From positions 100,626,001 through 100,690,000 of the forward strand of contig NC_043002.1 in assembly GCF_006345805.1 (NCBI RefSeq): a stretch of DNA of 64,000 bases, in the 5' to 3' direction. The stretch is from Octopus sinensis. Taxonomy: Eukaryota. Position numbers and translations under genes: made by a program. The notes beneath the pieces were generated by a model that had not been told where the DNA came from, did not search any database, and worked only from the letters and a program-made list of their open reading frames with translations. Position 1 is the stretch's first letter, and each line of letters opens with the position of its first letter. Shown here piece after piece: positions 1 to 12,825 of the stretch.

Positions 1-208
1 TTAACCAAAAGCGGGTATCTTATAGTCGTGATTCAAATCGAGCCCTTCTGGGTATTAGCGTGAGTCTACGATTAAAAAAAAATTTACCATCATTTTTTCC
101 CATTTTTAATGCATTTTTTTAGCTATTATATAAGGGAAGTAACTCTCTAAAAATGCTTATATAGTTATTTCCCTTACAAACCCGAGCAACGCCGGGCGAT
201 ACTGCTAG
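1..208 (+). mobile_element. 3' part of a non-autonomous Helitron
   Basis: Ends in hairpin cccgagcaacgccggg followed by CTAG|T. Same family as 31738-32136. Confidence 0.7.
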
Positions 209-236
209 TGTACATATAAACCTATTTCTCTTTCAG

Positions 237-353
237 AAACACCAAGTTTTCTACCAACGAATGTACGATGCTTTAACTCTACTTTTAGAGTTTTTCTACG
301 CGAACAACAAAGGTCTCAGTATGGATACAATGTTAACAGATAAACAATTCCAG
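237..353 (+). CDS. BAIAP3: BAIAP3/Munc13-4-like protein, internal exon (MHD2 region): KHQVFYQRMYDALTLLLEFFYANNKGLSMDTMLTDKQFQ
   Basis: tttctctttcag acceptor, CAG|gt donor, 117 nt, phase 0/0. Resembles the recalled BAIAP3 MHD2 segment (F..L..FF.A.G.GL). Upstream exons lie outside the window. Confidence 0.88.
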
Positions 354-485
354 GTTTGTATATCTTTTCACTGGATATGTTTATTCTATCGTCGACTTTC
401 TTGTCACCATTGTCGTCGCTGATGTCATTTGTGATGTTGCTGCTCTTGTACCAATAAAACACCGTATGTTCCCTTTTTGCTGTAG

Positions 486-569
486 GACCTACGAGAACAA
501 CTGGCTCTCCATAAAGAAGACACAAGAGATCTGATTGAACAGTTCTACCAAGAGAAATTAGATGAACAG
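486..569 (+). CDS. BAIAP3: BAIAP3-like exon: DLREQLALHKEDTRDLIEQFYQEKLDEQ
   Basis: ttgctgtag acceptor, CAG|gtaaac donor, 84 nt. Matches the L.LHK..T...IEQFY..KL motif at the end of MHD2. Confidence 0.9.
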
Positions 570-629
570 GTAAACTATACAAGACTTCCATTACTTAATC
601 GAGATTTGTGTGATTAAATTTTATTTATC

Positions 630-935
630 TTTCTTTTACTTGTTTCAGTCATCAGACTGTGTCCATGCTGGAGCACCCGCCTTGACATTTTAGTCGAATG
701 AAACTTCAGTACTTGCTTTTTTTTTAAAGCTCGGTACTTATTCTATCTCTCTCTCTCTATTGTCGAACCACTATGTTACGGGGACGTAAACAAACCAACA
801 CTGGCTGTCAAGTGGTAGTGACACGCGCACACATACACGCACACGATAGGATTCTTTCACTTTCTGTTTGCCTAATCCACTCAGAAGGCTTTGGTCAACA
901 CTCGTCTAAGGTACCACGCTGAACCCGGAACCATG
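630..935 (-). mobile_element. Degenerate SINE family A (tRNA-like head, CORE-like, internal microsatellite, CR1-like tail)
   Basis: ttttacttgtttcagtc...ccatgctggagcacc tail and gaacccggaaccatgtg head, shared with copies at 20721 and 40700. Confidence 0.65.
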
Positions 936-2855
936 TGATCCTATCACCATCAGCAACCCCCGCCTGCGGCAGAACGTGCACTAACATGCGATAGTTGCCT
1001 TCATAATATGAATCTATGTTATTGGACATACCTCGTGTTGGCTTTATCGGTCATACTCTTCCGTAATGGCTTAAGGCATGCTGGAAGAGGGTTTTAATTT
1101 TGGAGCCTTCCTTCTAGATAGACCGCAGCTGTGGAGCTCAATCTACCCTTAAAAAATATATTAAATCCATAGAAGGGGTCCTGAAGGGTACTACCGTTCT
1201 GTATTAGAACGAACCCAGGAGTTATGGTAATTAAGGAGTGACTCTACGCTCCCAATCGTTCCAGAACTCCTGAACTGGCGTCTCACCACCAGATGCAGCT
1301 TAATCTCTCTCTCTCTCTCTCTCGTCCCACTGTGAGAGGTATCGTGCGGAGCACACTTAATTCCCTTTCTTCAGAGGAGGAGAACGGCTGAACGAGAGGC
1401 TTTATCAACTTATAATTAAAATGGCTAGAACGATAATGGAACCGTCCAAAGACGGATTGATACGCAGAACATCACAGAACGAAAATAATTCAAACCTTCA
1501 AAGAATTTGACCCCTCCACTAGCTTCCATACAACCCAGGCCCGAAATTTATACCTCATATCTTATAATAAAAATGTTACATAGTACAAAGTTAGAAACCC
1601 AGTGTAATAACTTTCGTTGCTTCTTGGATACATTACATATCAAGATAATGGTAACGTTTTTTTTTTGTTTGTTTTTTTTTGCTATCTCTCCTTCAAAGAT
1701 TCTATGGAACTTCGTCGGGTAAAATTTACTATCAAAAAGGAAACAAATGTAACTGAAGAATAACATTTGGACAAAAAGAGAGAAAAATAGAAGCTTTTCC
1801 TTTGTATCATATATTTTTATGTAAAATCAAATGTGGTTTGACATCTTTTCAGCTAAAATCTTTGCGTAGGCTTAGAAAAGTTTCTCTTCCTTTCTGCGTG
1901 GAAGAAAAAAAATAGAAAAATCAGCTTTATTCAGAAGGGTGTGAGGAAGTTACTAGATTAAATTCTAGCTTAAAAGGATTACAGAAATCCCTTGTGAATA
2001 TGTAAGACAACTGGAAGAGACATGTCGTAAATCAGATTATATAAATGATGAGCAATATTTAGAAGTATTCTTTGAAATGAAACAATGTGTAAACAACTAC
2101 ATACACATACATGTGTGTATGTGTATGCGAGCATTTAGTCATATGGATGCGTTTAACGTGTGGGTGTCTGCTTTTAATTAGACACACACGCCAGCATGGT
2201 CGAGTGGTCTCACTTTGCAGCCATAAGGTCTTGTGTTCATTCACACAGTGCAGTATATTGGACAAATGTCTTTAAGAATAAGCGTCGGATCCACTTAAGT
2301 TCTTATGAGTGAATTTGGGTCTATAGAAACTATTAAGAAACCCGTCGGGTTGACAATGCCTATAATCCAGATGGGTCCGTCCATATAGTGTCAAACCGAT
2401 TCTTTCTGAGAATTACATTACGGGTAAACACCTCTTTGGAATACTCAACAATTTCGCACTCTAATTCAAGCAATGTGCCTAAAGTAAGACATATTATGGT
2501 GCATATAAATGGGTAAATATACTGGGGATGAGATGTGTTGCGATTGATCTTTAGTTGGTAATCATGAATATCAGTTGACTTGTATTTATATATGCATTGC
2601 AGATAAGCACCAGTCTAGCGCTGGGGTCAATGTAATCGATTTAACTTCTTCCTCGAAATTGTTGGCCTTGTGCTAATGATAGAAGGAATTATTTGATTTT
2701 TAACATTTTGAAATACTCTTGATTTACATGGATATAGAAGTAGTTGGTGGTATATTTTTTTTATGTACGTAGGCTCCGTTTTTTTTTTTTTTTAGGATGG
2801 GGTTCTTTGCTATTGCTCTTTTTCACACCATCCTTTTTGCTTTCTTTTCCTATAG

Positions 2856-2937
2856 GACCAAACAGAAACTAGTCCTTACGGTATATTAAACATCCGGGTT
2901 TTTTACAAATATGAAGTCCAGACGTTATTAGTGGAAG
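2856..2937 (+). CDS. BAIAP3: BAIAP3-like exon, start of C2B: DQTETSPYGILNIRVFYKYEVQTLLVE(V)
   Basis: Polypyrimidine tract + tatag acceptor, G|gtaaaa donor, 82 nt (phase 0 to 1). C2 beta-strand pattern G.L.I...Y.....L.VE. Confidence 0.88.
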
Positions 2938-5137
2938 GTAAAAAAAGTATTTTTGTTATCTCTTCTAACATTTCGATGATTTCTTTTCCATATACACTAT
3001 ATAAATATCATTGTTTTGCCAAAATGTCACATAAAACATGTTCCAGTAAAACAGATAAGCTTACATATAAACTTGATATTTCTCACGGAAACTAAATGTG
3101 TTTTGTAAGAATTGCAACCAAGATAGAACTTCCTCGAAAATATAAAGAAACCAATGACATAATTATGTCCATCTTGTTCTGTTGTAGCCTCTCTAGAAAT
3201 ATTAGCTAAATTTCCCTCAGATCACACTAGCTTTCTTAAATACAGAACAACACAATATAGTTTGGCTGCTGATGGAATAGCATTGATTACAATTATTCGC
3301 TATCAGACCTGGTCTGAAACAAAACAGGAAAAAAACAACCTGTATTGTATGATCTTATGAAATGTGTTCTTTTTGTAAACATAATCAAAATGATAGGGCA
3401 GCTAGGAATCGAATCGAATCAGTAATTAATGATTGAGATCAAATCGTCTATTTACTGCCTTAAATGCAGTAAAATGTGTTGTCTACCCAGTTGACTCTAC
3501 AGGCAACTGACGTGCAATTGTTCTTGTTAACTACTGTGCAAGGATTAGTATATTTTATGAAAAAATTAATAAATTTGATATCAGCAGAAGGCTTTTATAT
3601 GGTTCTTCTTGTTATCCAGATGTCCTTTCTTGGGGAGTGAACTTAATCATTCACGCGGTTTAATGCTATCACTTGGTCATACAGTCTAAGTACAGTCCGC
3701 TTTATTTCATTCTAACTCGGTCTCCAGTTTGAGAATAACTTCCTCCTTTCCAGTCACATATCTCGGCGGCCGTGAAAATTATTAGGAATGCTGTCTTACT
3801 CCAGAGAGAGAAAAGGATGATTTCTCGTGGGTTAGAATGCTGACGAAATTTACCACAGCAGACTTGAACACAGAACAATGAAGTTTCAAACTACATGCAC
3901 CGTAGAGATTTAGACTAACTCTAAACAAGTACCATGATACACACACATATACACTTCATTCTAAATATGGCATTAACACCAGACACTGAACGAGTAAACA
4001 ATCCAGGCAAAGATATCAACAACGAAGATAACAGCAATTCCAAACTCTGAAACAATGAAAACACAATATTAGCTAAGAATATTAGCGATATGGAAAAAAA
4101 AATAACGGCAAAAATATAGATAAATCAGCGACAAGAAATTAAAAATCCGATATTTTTATAATCAATATGGCTGTTGTACATGTCGTGACTTAATTTTCTT
4201 GAATAAAAAACTTGCTGGTAATTTTTACATAGAAGATTGTTTCTTCACTGTTCTCTTGAATTGTATGCACCTACACTCCAACACAGTAAAAGATTGTACC
4301 GGAGAACAAAAGATATAGAATTATGCAATAGAACTCATCACAAAGACAGCATGTTACTGAATTTTTAACAGTTTAAAATTTCGTTTTGTTGGGTTCCCAT
4401 TTTCTTTTATGTTGCGACACGTATTGAGGTCTTGGCTCCTAGCATTGTGTTTGAAATCCTCTATTTTATAACATTAAATCCAATGGATATTATAGCTGCC
4501 TATCAACTACTCTTCATACATAGGAACAGACAGCGAAAAGAAATTGTCTACTGTTGGCTGCCAAAGTAAATCTCAAAATGTTCGATTTTATATTGTATTC
4601 GAAAATTATCCCTATACTATTGTTTTAGGGTCTCATCAACTAGTTCTACAGAGATGAATTACTGAAAAATTTCCACTAATTTCCAGTATAACGACTATAT
4701 TCCGTTTACGAATCCTTCCCTTCAATGATGAAATCAGTCAGTTGTATTCACAAGAAAAGGTCAAAAATATGTATGGTTGAAATCTCCCCAAGTTAAATAT
4801 AAAACAGAGTGTATACGAAGTTGAATAGAAGTTTGGAAATCGTACAATGCAATTTTAATGAAAGGGGTTTTGTTTCATTTTGATTATATTTCGATGTAAA
4901 ACAGAGTATCTAAAACAAATTTCATTTATTACCCTTCCCTTTTAGTAACACTTTTTACATCCCCTTCCCTACTACAATTTAACGCCTACTCATTCCCCTT
5001 TTTTTAACGTACATATGTATAATACCAATCCGGCCAGCGTAATTTAGTTTGGGCTTTTAGATTGACGTAACTGACAATTTAGTACAGCACCTCGCTATTT
5101 AAGCTAACACTTTAAGCATGGGTAATACATATGCCGT

Positions 5138-5520
5138 GTGGAGGCGCAATGGCCCAGTGGTTAGGCAGCGGACTCGCGGTCATAGGATCGCGGTTTCGAT
5201 TCCCAGACCGGGCGTTGTGAGTGTTTATTGAGCGAAAACACCTAAAGCTCCACGAGGCTCCGGCAGGGGATGGTGGTGATCCCTGCTGTACTCTTTCACC
5301 ACAACTTTCTCTCACTCTTACTTCCTGTTTCTGTTGTACCTGTATTTCAAAGGGCCGGCCTTGTCACTCTCTGTGTCACGCTGAATATCCCCGAGAACTA
5401 CGTTAAGGGTACACGTGTCTGTGGAGTGTTCAGCCACTTACACGTTAATTTCACGAGCAGGCTGTTCCGTTGATTCGGATCAACCGGAACCCTCATCGTC
5501 GTAACCGACGGAGTGCTTCC
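5138..5520 (+). mobile_element. SINE family B (tRNA-Arg-like head), full length
   Basis: A/B-box-like tggcccagtggtt...gtttcgattccc; 11-bp TSD acatatgccgt (5127-5137 / 5521-5531); near-identical copy at 27733-28105. Confidence 0.85.
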
Positions 5521-5949
5521 ACATATGCCGTATTGTTTATTTACTTGTTCACATTTTAGGGTTACTACTGAATTGATGTGATTTAATCCCTTTTTTGAAT
5601 TGATATTTAAATAGGGAAAAATAACATGCATCTATCACCATCTACCGACCGCTTTGAGCCCAATATGCACATAAAATTTCCCACCACTACAGCCCCCAGT
5701 TCCCCAAGGGCGATAGTATGCGGTCTAAGAAATACTGATGTAAACGGGCCTTCTCAAATGATACATTGGAACAGTTAAAAAAAACGTTTGCCATCATCAT
5801 TTCTATGGCAGATTTGAAAACTTTCGGATTCAATTTGATAGAAATTATCGCAAAACCGACAGTTTGGCGATAATTTCCGAACACAATTTAATTCCAATAT
5901 TTTCAAGTGTTTCGACAGCGATTGATATGTATTCCCCTGTCTTTTTTTT

Positions 5950-6522
5950 TTTTTTCAATATATCATCTGAAATGGATCTTTTAGATAGAAATGCAATAAA
6001 ATAGAAACAATAAAACTGTTTTATTAAAATTACAGTGTATAGCTTTTAGACTTCTGTTAAACTTCATGGACACAATCACAATGCTTAAAAAAATGTTCTC
6101 CATAAATCACTCGATCTAATATATATATATGTGTGTGTGTGTATGTATGTATGTGAGAGACAGCGAGAGAAATGAAACTTGGAGAGATATTAAGTAAATT
6201 ATTTTGACGGTAAAGTTTGAAGTATAGTTTGAAGTAAAGTTTGAACCTATAAATAAAGGTTTCAAATTTTGATACAAGGCCAGCAATTTCGGAAGGAAAA
6301 ATAAGTCGGTCACATCGACCACAGTGCTCAACTGGTACTGGTTTTATTGACCCCGAAAGGGTGAAAGAAAAAAGTCGACTTTGGCAGAATATGAACTCAA
6401 AAATGAATTCAGGGTATGACCTTTGTAAGCCATACACTGTAATTTTAATAAAACAGCTGCATTGTTTCTATTTCATTACATTTCAATCTAAAAGATCCAT
6501 TTCAGATGATTCATTGAAAAAA
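5950..6522. repeat. Inverted repeat pair (~95-bp arms, 5950-6045 / 6427-6522), MITE/fold-back-like
   Basis: tcatctgaaatggatcttttagat...ttttattaaaattacagtgtat recurs reverse-complemented. Confidence 0.7.
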
Positions 6523-6540
6523 TAAATTGACTCAGAATAT

Positions 6541-7152
6541 GGACGAAATACCTATTTCTTTACTACCCACAAGGGGCTAAACACAGAGAGGACAAACAAG
6601 GATAGACAAACGGATTAAGACGATTATATCAACCCCCATGGCGTAACTGGTACTTATTTAATCGACCCCGAAAGGATGAAAGGCAAAGTCGACCTCGGCG
6701 GACTTTGAACTCAGAATGTAGCGGCAGACGAAATATCTGTTTCTTTATTACCCACAAGGGGCTAAACACAGAGAGGACAAACAAGGATAGGCAAACGGAT
6801 TAAGACGATTATATCGACCCCATGGCGTAACTGGTACTTATTTAATCGACCCCGAAAGGATGAAGGGCAAAGTCGACCTCGGCAGAATTTTAACTCAGAA
6901 TGTAGCGGCAGACGAAATACCTATTTCTTTATTACCCACAAGGGGCTAAACATAAAGTGGACAAACAAGGACAGACATATGTATTAAGTCGATTACATCG
7001 ACCCCAGTGCGTAACTGGTACTTAATTTATCGACCCCGAAAGGATGAAAGGCAAAGTCGACCTCGGCGGAATTTGAACTTAGAACGTAACGGCAGACGAA
7101 ATACGGCTACGCATTTCGCCCGGCGTGCTAACGCTTCTGCCAGCCCGCCACC
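6541..7152 (-). mobile_element. SINE family C, one head plus 3 tandem ~184-bp units
   Basis: Repeated atcgaccccgaaaggatgaaaggcaaagtcgacctcggcgg; head ttctgccagcccgccacc. Confidence 0.85.
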
Positions 7153-7630
7153 TTAGCTAATTCTATAAATAATAATGTGCAGAATATTGGGTTAAAAATC
7201 CCCTTGGATGGAAAAAAACTCTCATGGGCTACCCGTGGGACTTGAATCCATATTTTCTGTAAACTTTGCCCATGGGTGGAGGAAATTGGAATGATTGTTT
7301 TGTTAGGATGATTAGAACGTCTCTCTTGCTTACAGCAGATGTCGGTTCAAGTTCACGGACAGCCTTCGATTTTTTTCCATCCAAGAAGTTTTATACCTAA
7401 TATTCTACACGCTATTTATAGCTTTAGCTACTTCGAGTTCCACCGTTGAAAATAATATGTAACACACACACACAAGCCTGTCTTCCACCTACTCTATAAT
7501 GATGTCAAATCTTTTGAACACAATGATTTTTATACTACTTATTAAAGCCAAGTAACACAATCTCCTCGTCATAATCTGCAACACAATCACGTATTAGTCG
7601 GAATAGTGTCCTCATCTTGATTGTTGCTCT

Positions 7631-7671
7631 CACTACGTTTCGGTTGTGTACGCTTCACCCTTCTTCAGGTG
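7631..7671 (-). ncRNA. Minimal type I hammerhead ribozyme-like motif
   Basis: Minus strand: cac CTGAAGA agggtg..cacaacc GAAA c GTA gtg (stem I cac/gtg). Confidence 0.55.
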
Positions 7672-8269
7672 TCTTGTAGTTCACCGTTATTTCTCCTCAC
7701 AAATCTCGTACTGAACACTCACTCTGCACAGTTTTATCTTTATTTTCTTTTAAGTAAACCCTTTCTTTTTCATGATTTCCTTTTATTCAAACCCGTGTAA
7801 GAAGTACAAATATACATTAATCTCCTTAGTTTCATCAACCTTACATTTCCGCTCTCATCGGCAGGAAACTGTCAGATACCCAAACTTTATAATAAAAACG
7901 AATATTCTAACTTTAGAGTAAGGTGTTACTTGCTAAAATAAATTCTCGACTATTGAACGGAAGTATGCCTTTGAAAGGAAATATGGAGTGGGTGCACGAA
8001 AGGTCGAGCTTAAAGTGTGAAGGAGTTGGGGAATCGCGTGGGGAACGTTGATGTCTGTGTACAGAGATTGCAATTGAGGTGGCGGAGCAGTAATTTGTAG
8101 CTAGACTCATGATCTGCAGAGTATCAGTATTAATGATGCTATCAGTTGCGTTTGATCAACCGTGGAATACGTTAGGACGGTCAAATAAATTGACTAGAAA
8201 TAAGATGTACGTGGATAGAAATGGGATATGGCAGTTCAGCTCATCATACGTGTGCGTACCAACAATCAT

Positions 8270-8785
8270 TTATATATATATATATAAACGTGAAAATGTC
8301 TGTGTATATGTGTATCTGTATCCTTTATACAAATCCGCAGTTTTTCAAGTAAAAGGCTTGCATTTTCTATGGACTTTCAAAACTTTCTGAGGGTGGTCAT
8401 GAAGATCTTTTCATTTCCCCAGTCACCCCAGAAAGCCATTAAAAAAAAATCGATAAACCGACCCCTTATGCCCATAAGTTATTTTGCGGCCAAATTCGAG
8501 TTTCTCGCTTTCTTCTGCCTCCTTTTTTGTCTGACTAATGGCATGTACACAGTCCCGCTAATTTTCCATGATTATTCCATTCCAGGTGTGAAAAACCGAA
8601 GTCCAAAGAATATTAATTACTCTCATAAAAAGCTCCAACTAGCTCATAAACAGCAAAAGTGACCCTAGGCTGAAATGTGATAAGAAACTTAGCTCTTGAT
8701 TTAGTGAGAAAGTTTTACTGCGACCCGGCAACGAACAACAAGCACTAGCACTAGACCCGACAACGCCGCCGGGTCATAGTGCTAG
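8270..8785 (+). mobile_element. Non-autonomous Helitron (second family)
   Basis: 5' tatatataaa start; 3' hairpin gacccg...cgggtc then CTAG|T. 5' boundary approximate. Confidence 0.6.
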
Positions 8786-8790
8786 TATAT

Positions 8791-8853
<63 letters not shown>

Positions 8854-9694
8854 GTCTGCCTATTTTGTGTTAGGCTAATGGAGGAAATAACACGAATAGA
8901 GAAAGATCATTTATATATATATATAAGGGAGAAGGTCTACATCATTCTGCATTTTTGTTCAAATCGCACGCGCAATCGAAATGTTTAATATAATGAAATG
9001 ATGCCGTAATGAACCACAAATTTCTATATATTAAAAGGTACATTGATAGATAGTTGAATTATAGTGAAATAACCTTAGTTAACTAATAGCTGCGGAAGGT
9101 AAATAAGTAATAACTTCTAAGTTCATTTCAATCATGTTTAAATTTAGAAGTACAGATTTGATTAAATAGCAGGATTTCAAAAGAAGTTTTAAAATCCGTT
9201 TTCTGTGTTTAATATATTAGCATATTTTCAAATATGCCGATTTACACCGTAGGATTTCCACCGGAACCACTAGTAAATATATGAGTAAACTGGACCTCGA
9301 TCACAATTTCCAACCAAGAATTTTGAGTTGTTCAATTAACTAAGAAATCAGGTTCATTAAATTAGCGTGTAAGCGGTTGCGTATTCCACTGTCACGAGTA
9401 CCCTTAATGTAACTTTCAGGCGGAATCGACATAACAGCGTTACAAAGCTGGGCTTTCCAAATTCCAAATACAATTCCTCCGACAGTTTCTGCCCAATCGG
9501 TTTCACTCGCAAAATCTGGCATGACCCGAGGATATGGTAAGTGATACTTGGCCAAAATGCTACGCTGTTGGATCGAACCCAGATTCTCGTGATTGCAAAG
9601 GAAAGTTTTTAACCATTCGGCCACACTGCGTATATTTATAAATACACAAATACGAGTAAAACAATTATCATATTTCTTTTTATTTCTATTCCAG

Positions 9695-9733
9695 TTATCA
9701 GTGGAAAAGATTTAATCCCTCTAGATGCTAATG
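9695..9733 (+). CDS. BAIAP3: BAIAP3-like 39-nt exon: (V)ISGKDLIPLDAN(G)
   Basis: tttctattccag acceptor, G|gtaagt donor, phase 1/1. Encodes the C2 loop-1 motif DL.PLDANG. Confidence 0.9.
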
Positions 9734-12271
9734 GTAAGTTGCTATTTCTTTTTTCTGTTTTTCTTTTTTTTTTCTTGATTTAATTCCTTACAGTAATCTA
9801 TAACTTATTATATTGCTATCTCCCTTATTTCTCATGCTTGGTTTCAGTTATTCATATTATTCAGGTATTCCTTAAGACAAGTTTAGATCATATTTATTGC
9901 GCTCCAGCTGTATGCAAGCCTGATACAACAATTTGAATATCTCCATACAACATTGAATTAATTTTAGCCTACAGAGACACCTTTACCTGCATATTAAATT
10001 TTAACGGTCCTTCAACACTACAGTAAATTATGCATATTTTTGCAGCTGCTACAACTTGAAATATATACGTAAGCCTGCAGCTTAGATTAAAGCAATTTTT
10101 AACAATTAAATTCATGCAAACACATAAGTACATGAAGGTTTGCAATAAAAAATACAAGCGAATACAATAGTTTTATACGTATGAATTATATACAGGTAAT
10201 GAGGTTGCTTGACCTGCTAGAAACAGTAACCTGATCTCTCTTACATTAAGCTCAACCACTTTCGTAAAAGAAAGACATATTGAATAACATAGATTGCGAT
10301 CATTTTTCTGAAGATATATACGGGATTGTCACGGCTAGAAGGTTTTTGTTCATAGTTCAACAGCAAAAAATCTACAAACAGCTACTTACATCATGCAATG
10401 GATATATATGTTCATGCGTCACATGCATACACGTATAGAAAATTCACTAATAGGCCCATGCGAACGTGTATACATATGCGAATATATACATATCCAGGCG
10501 TTATAACCTACACATACATGTATTCGCATGCACACATATATATATGTGGAAAATAGAAAAAATTTACAAACTTGCAAATAAAAATGTGATTTCATACAAT
10601 GCATACATTATATGCCTATAATGATAATTATGTTAAGCTCCCCGACGAAATGGGTGATTACGGAATTTATGTTTACACACCTGCACTCTCTAACATAGGC
10701 AATCCCTGACACACATACACACATAGTAATTAAAGCAACAGGTGAATTTATAAATTTTTACGTAGCTTCACACAAACGCGCGCGAGAACGCATCCACATA
10801 TCCAACAATATATTGTTTGATGTATACTAGAATACCACGGCACATCTGTTATGAGATTCATTCGCGAACGACATTTAATCTACTTAAAGATAGCCATTCC
10901 TGAAGCCATTAGTAATCGATTAGCTTTCCCCACCCCACCCCGCCCCGCCCTTCCCTTCACACAAATGAACGTCCACATATATTAGTATCGTTCCTATTAC
11001 AACCACACACCGCAAACACACATACACGACACCTTACTTACATTAAACTAAAACAATGTTTTATCTCTCACACATACCTGCACAAGCATACATGCTTATT
11101 ACATCTATATTACACCTGCTCTCGCGTACATACTCATATATTCTCTCCCCTTTCAGCCTCCCCACAACTCACTCGCACAACTAATTCCTTCAGCACATAC
11201 CTAATATATACTCACCGCCCAATACACACTCCTCTGTTACAGGCCACATACCCTCACCCACTTCCGTTTCGCTATTTCCCATACTATTTCGATAATCCGT
11301 ACATTTTTTTCTCGAACTATTTCTTCTCCTTTTCTTCTCTGCCAATCTTGACAAAGGAAAAATTGTCCGAATCGTCGATATAACTTTATTTCCTTCCTAA
11401 CATAATACATTGAATGTAATCCGTTGTTTTTCGGTTTGCGGACTACTTTCCATAAACTGCTCCTAGACAACCGTGTTGTCACAGGTCAATATTCCGGATT
11501 CCTCAGATTCTGTGATACACTATGAATAGAAAATGTTGAGAGCGTCACGTTTTCGATCCCTTTAACAGTAGGTTTCTCTAGGTGGAGCTAAGCAACAACA
11601 ATCGTATATACATAGTGACAATTTGTTTTTGTACTTGTGCTGATGCACCCACCTTCAATTTAATGCTCTCGCTTGACTGATTCTTGGTGAGCTGTTGTCA
11701 CTTACGTACAGAGGCCCCTTATCGAGCAGACCTATTGTCAAAGGAATTCTACCCATGATAGATATGTATCATTATTTATAACGCTTTAATTTTCTTTCTA
11801 ATTTTTTTAGTCATAGTGTATTTGCAAGCATCCTTACGATTTGAGGGTGATTGAGCAGTTATTTCTAGCAAATGAAATAACTGCAATTTCTCATAGAGGA
11901 AATGGGAGATGAGTACAATTAACAATTATTTGTAGTTGGGTTATTTTTTGGGGTTTTTTTGGCGGGGGGGGATTTTGTTTTTCTTATAAGAAATTACTTT
12001 GGCAAATAAGCAATAAAAGCAGAGGCATTACACGATCGCTTTATAATCCAAATGAAACCAATACTGACAAAAAATAACTTTGCATCCACAACATGAAAAA
12101 CTTTTAGTCGATTGGGATATCTACTTCATACCTAATTGCTTTGTCCTTATGTCGATCTCTCAAATCCTGATGGAATCATTTCAGAACCGACGTGACTTAC
12201 GCGTATGTTCGGCATTTTTAGACCTGGCGTTGCTTATTCTTGGCCAAATCTGACCATAGCTGATTTTTCCC

Positions 12272-12308
<37 letters not shown>

Positions 12309-12417
12309 AGGGGAAAGAGATGGAGAGGGAGAAAGAGGGAAGGAGAGATAGAGAATAATTGACTTTATGATGAGTGATGTTTTATTTATCGATCCCAAAA
12401 ATATAACAGGTAGAATT

Positions 12418-12825
12418 GGATCTTTTCGGTTTGAACGGCAGTTTTTTCTAGAGGTGTCATATGAAATTGTCACCCATAATTATGACCCTAAAATCGATCT
12501 ATTGCATTTCAATCTGTTTTAGGGTTAGGGTTAGTTAGGGTTAGTTAAGGTTAGGGGTGGGGGAAGGGTATCTTTTTTTCTTCACAAATGTAAATGACAT
12601 ATTCATACGGCACAGAATGTTTTTAACTCAATAGACGCCACTGATTGGTTGAAATTGCAGAAATTGAAGAAAAAAAACAACAAATATCTTACAAACTATA
12701 GAATTTTCTCAATAAAGCCAAGAGAAAAGATGTTTTATAAACACATTCTACCAGTATACGAAGTTTAAAATTTTTTAGTTACCTAGAAATTATGTTAAAA
12801 ACTGCCGTTCAAACCGAAAAGATCC
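12418..12825. mobile_element. MITE with ~27-bp perfect TIRs, 8-bp TSD and an internal TTAGGG tract
   Basis: ggatcttttcggtttgaacggcagttt ... aaactgccgttcaaaccgaaaagatcc; TSD gtagaatt on both sides. Confidence 0.85.

Noticed and set aside
316-591. Minus-strand 91-aa ORF
   Set aside because: Antisense shadow of two BAIAP3 exons and the short intron.
5148-5215. tRNA-Arg gene
   Set aside because: tRNA-like head of a multi-copy SINE with a TSD; no complete cloverleaf or terminator.
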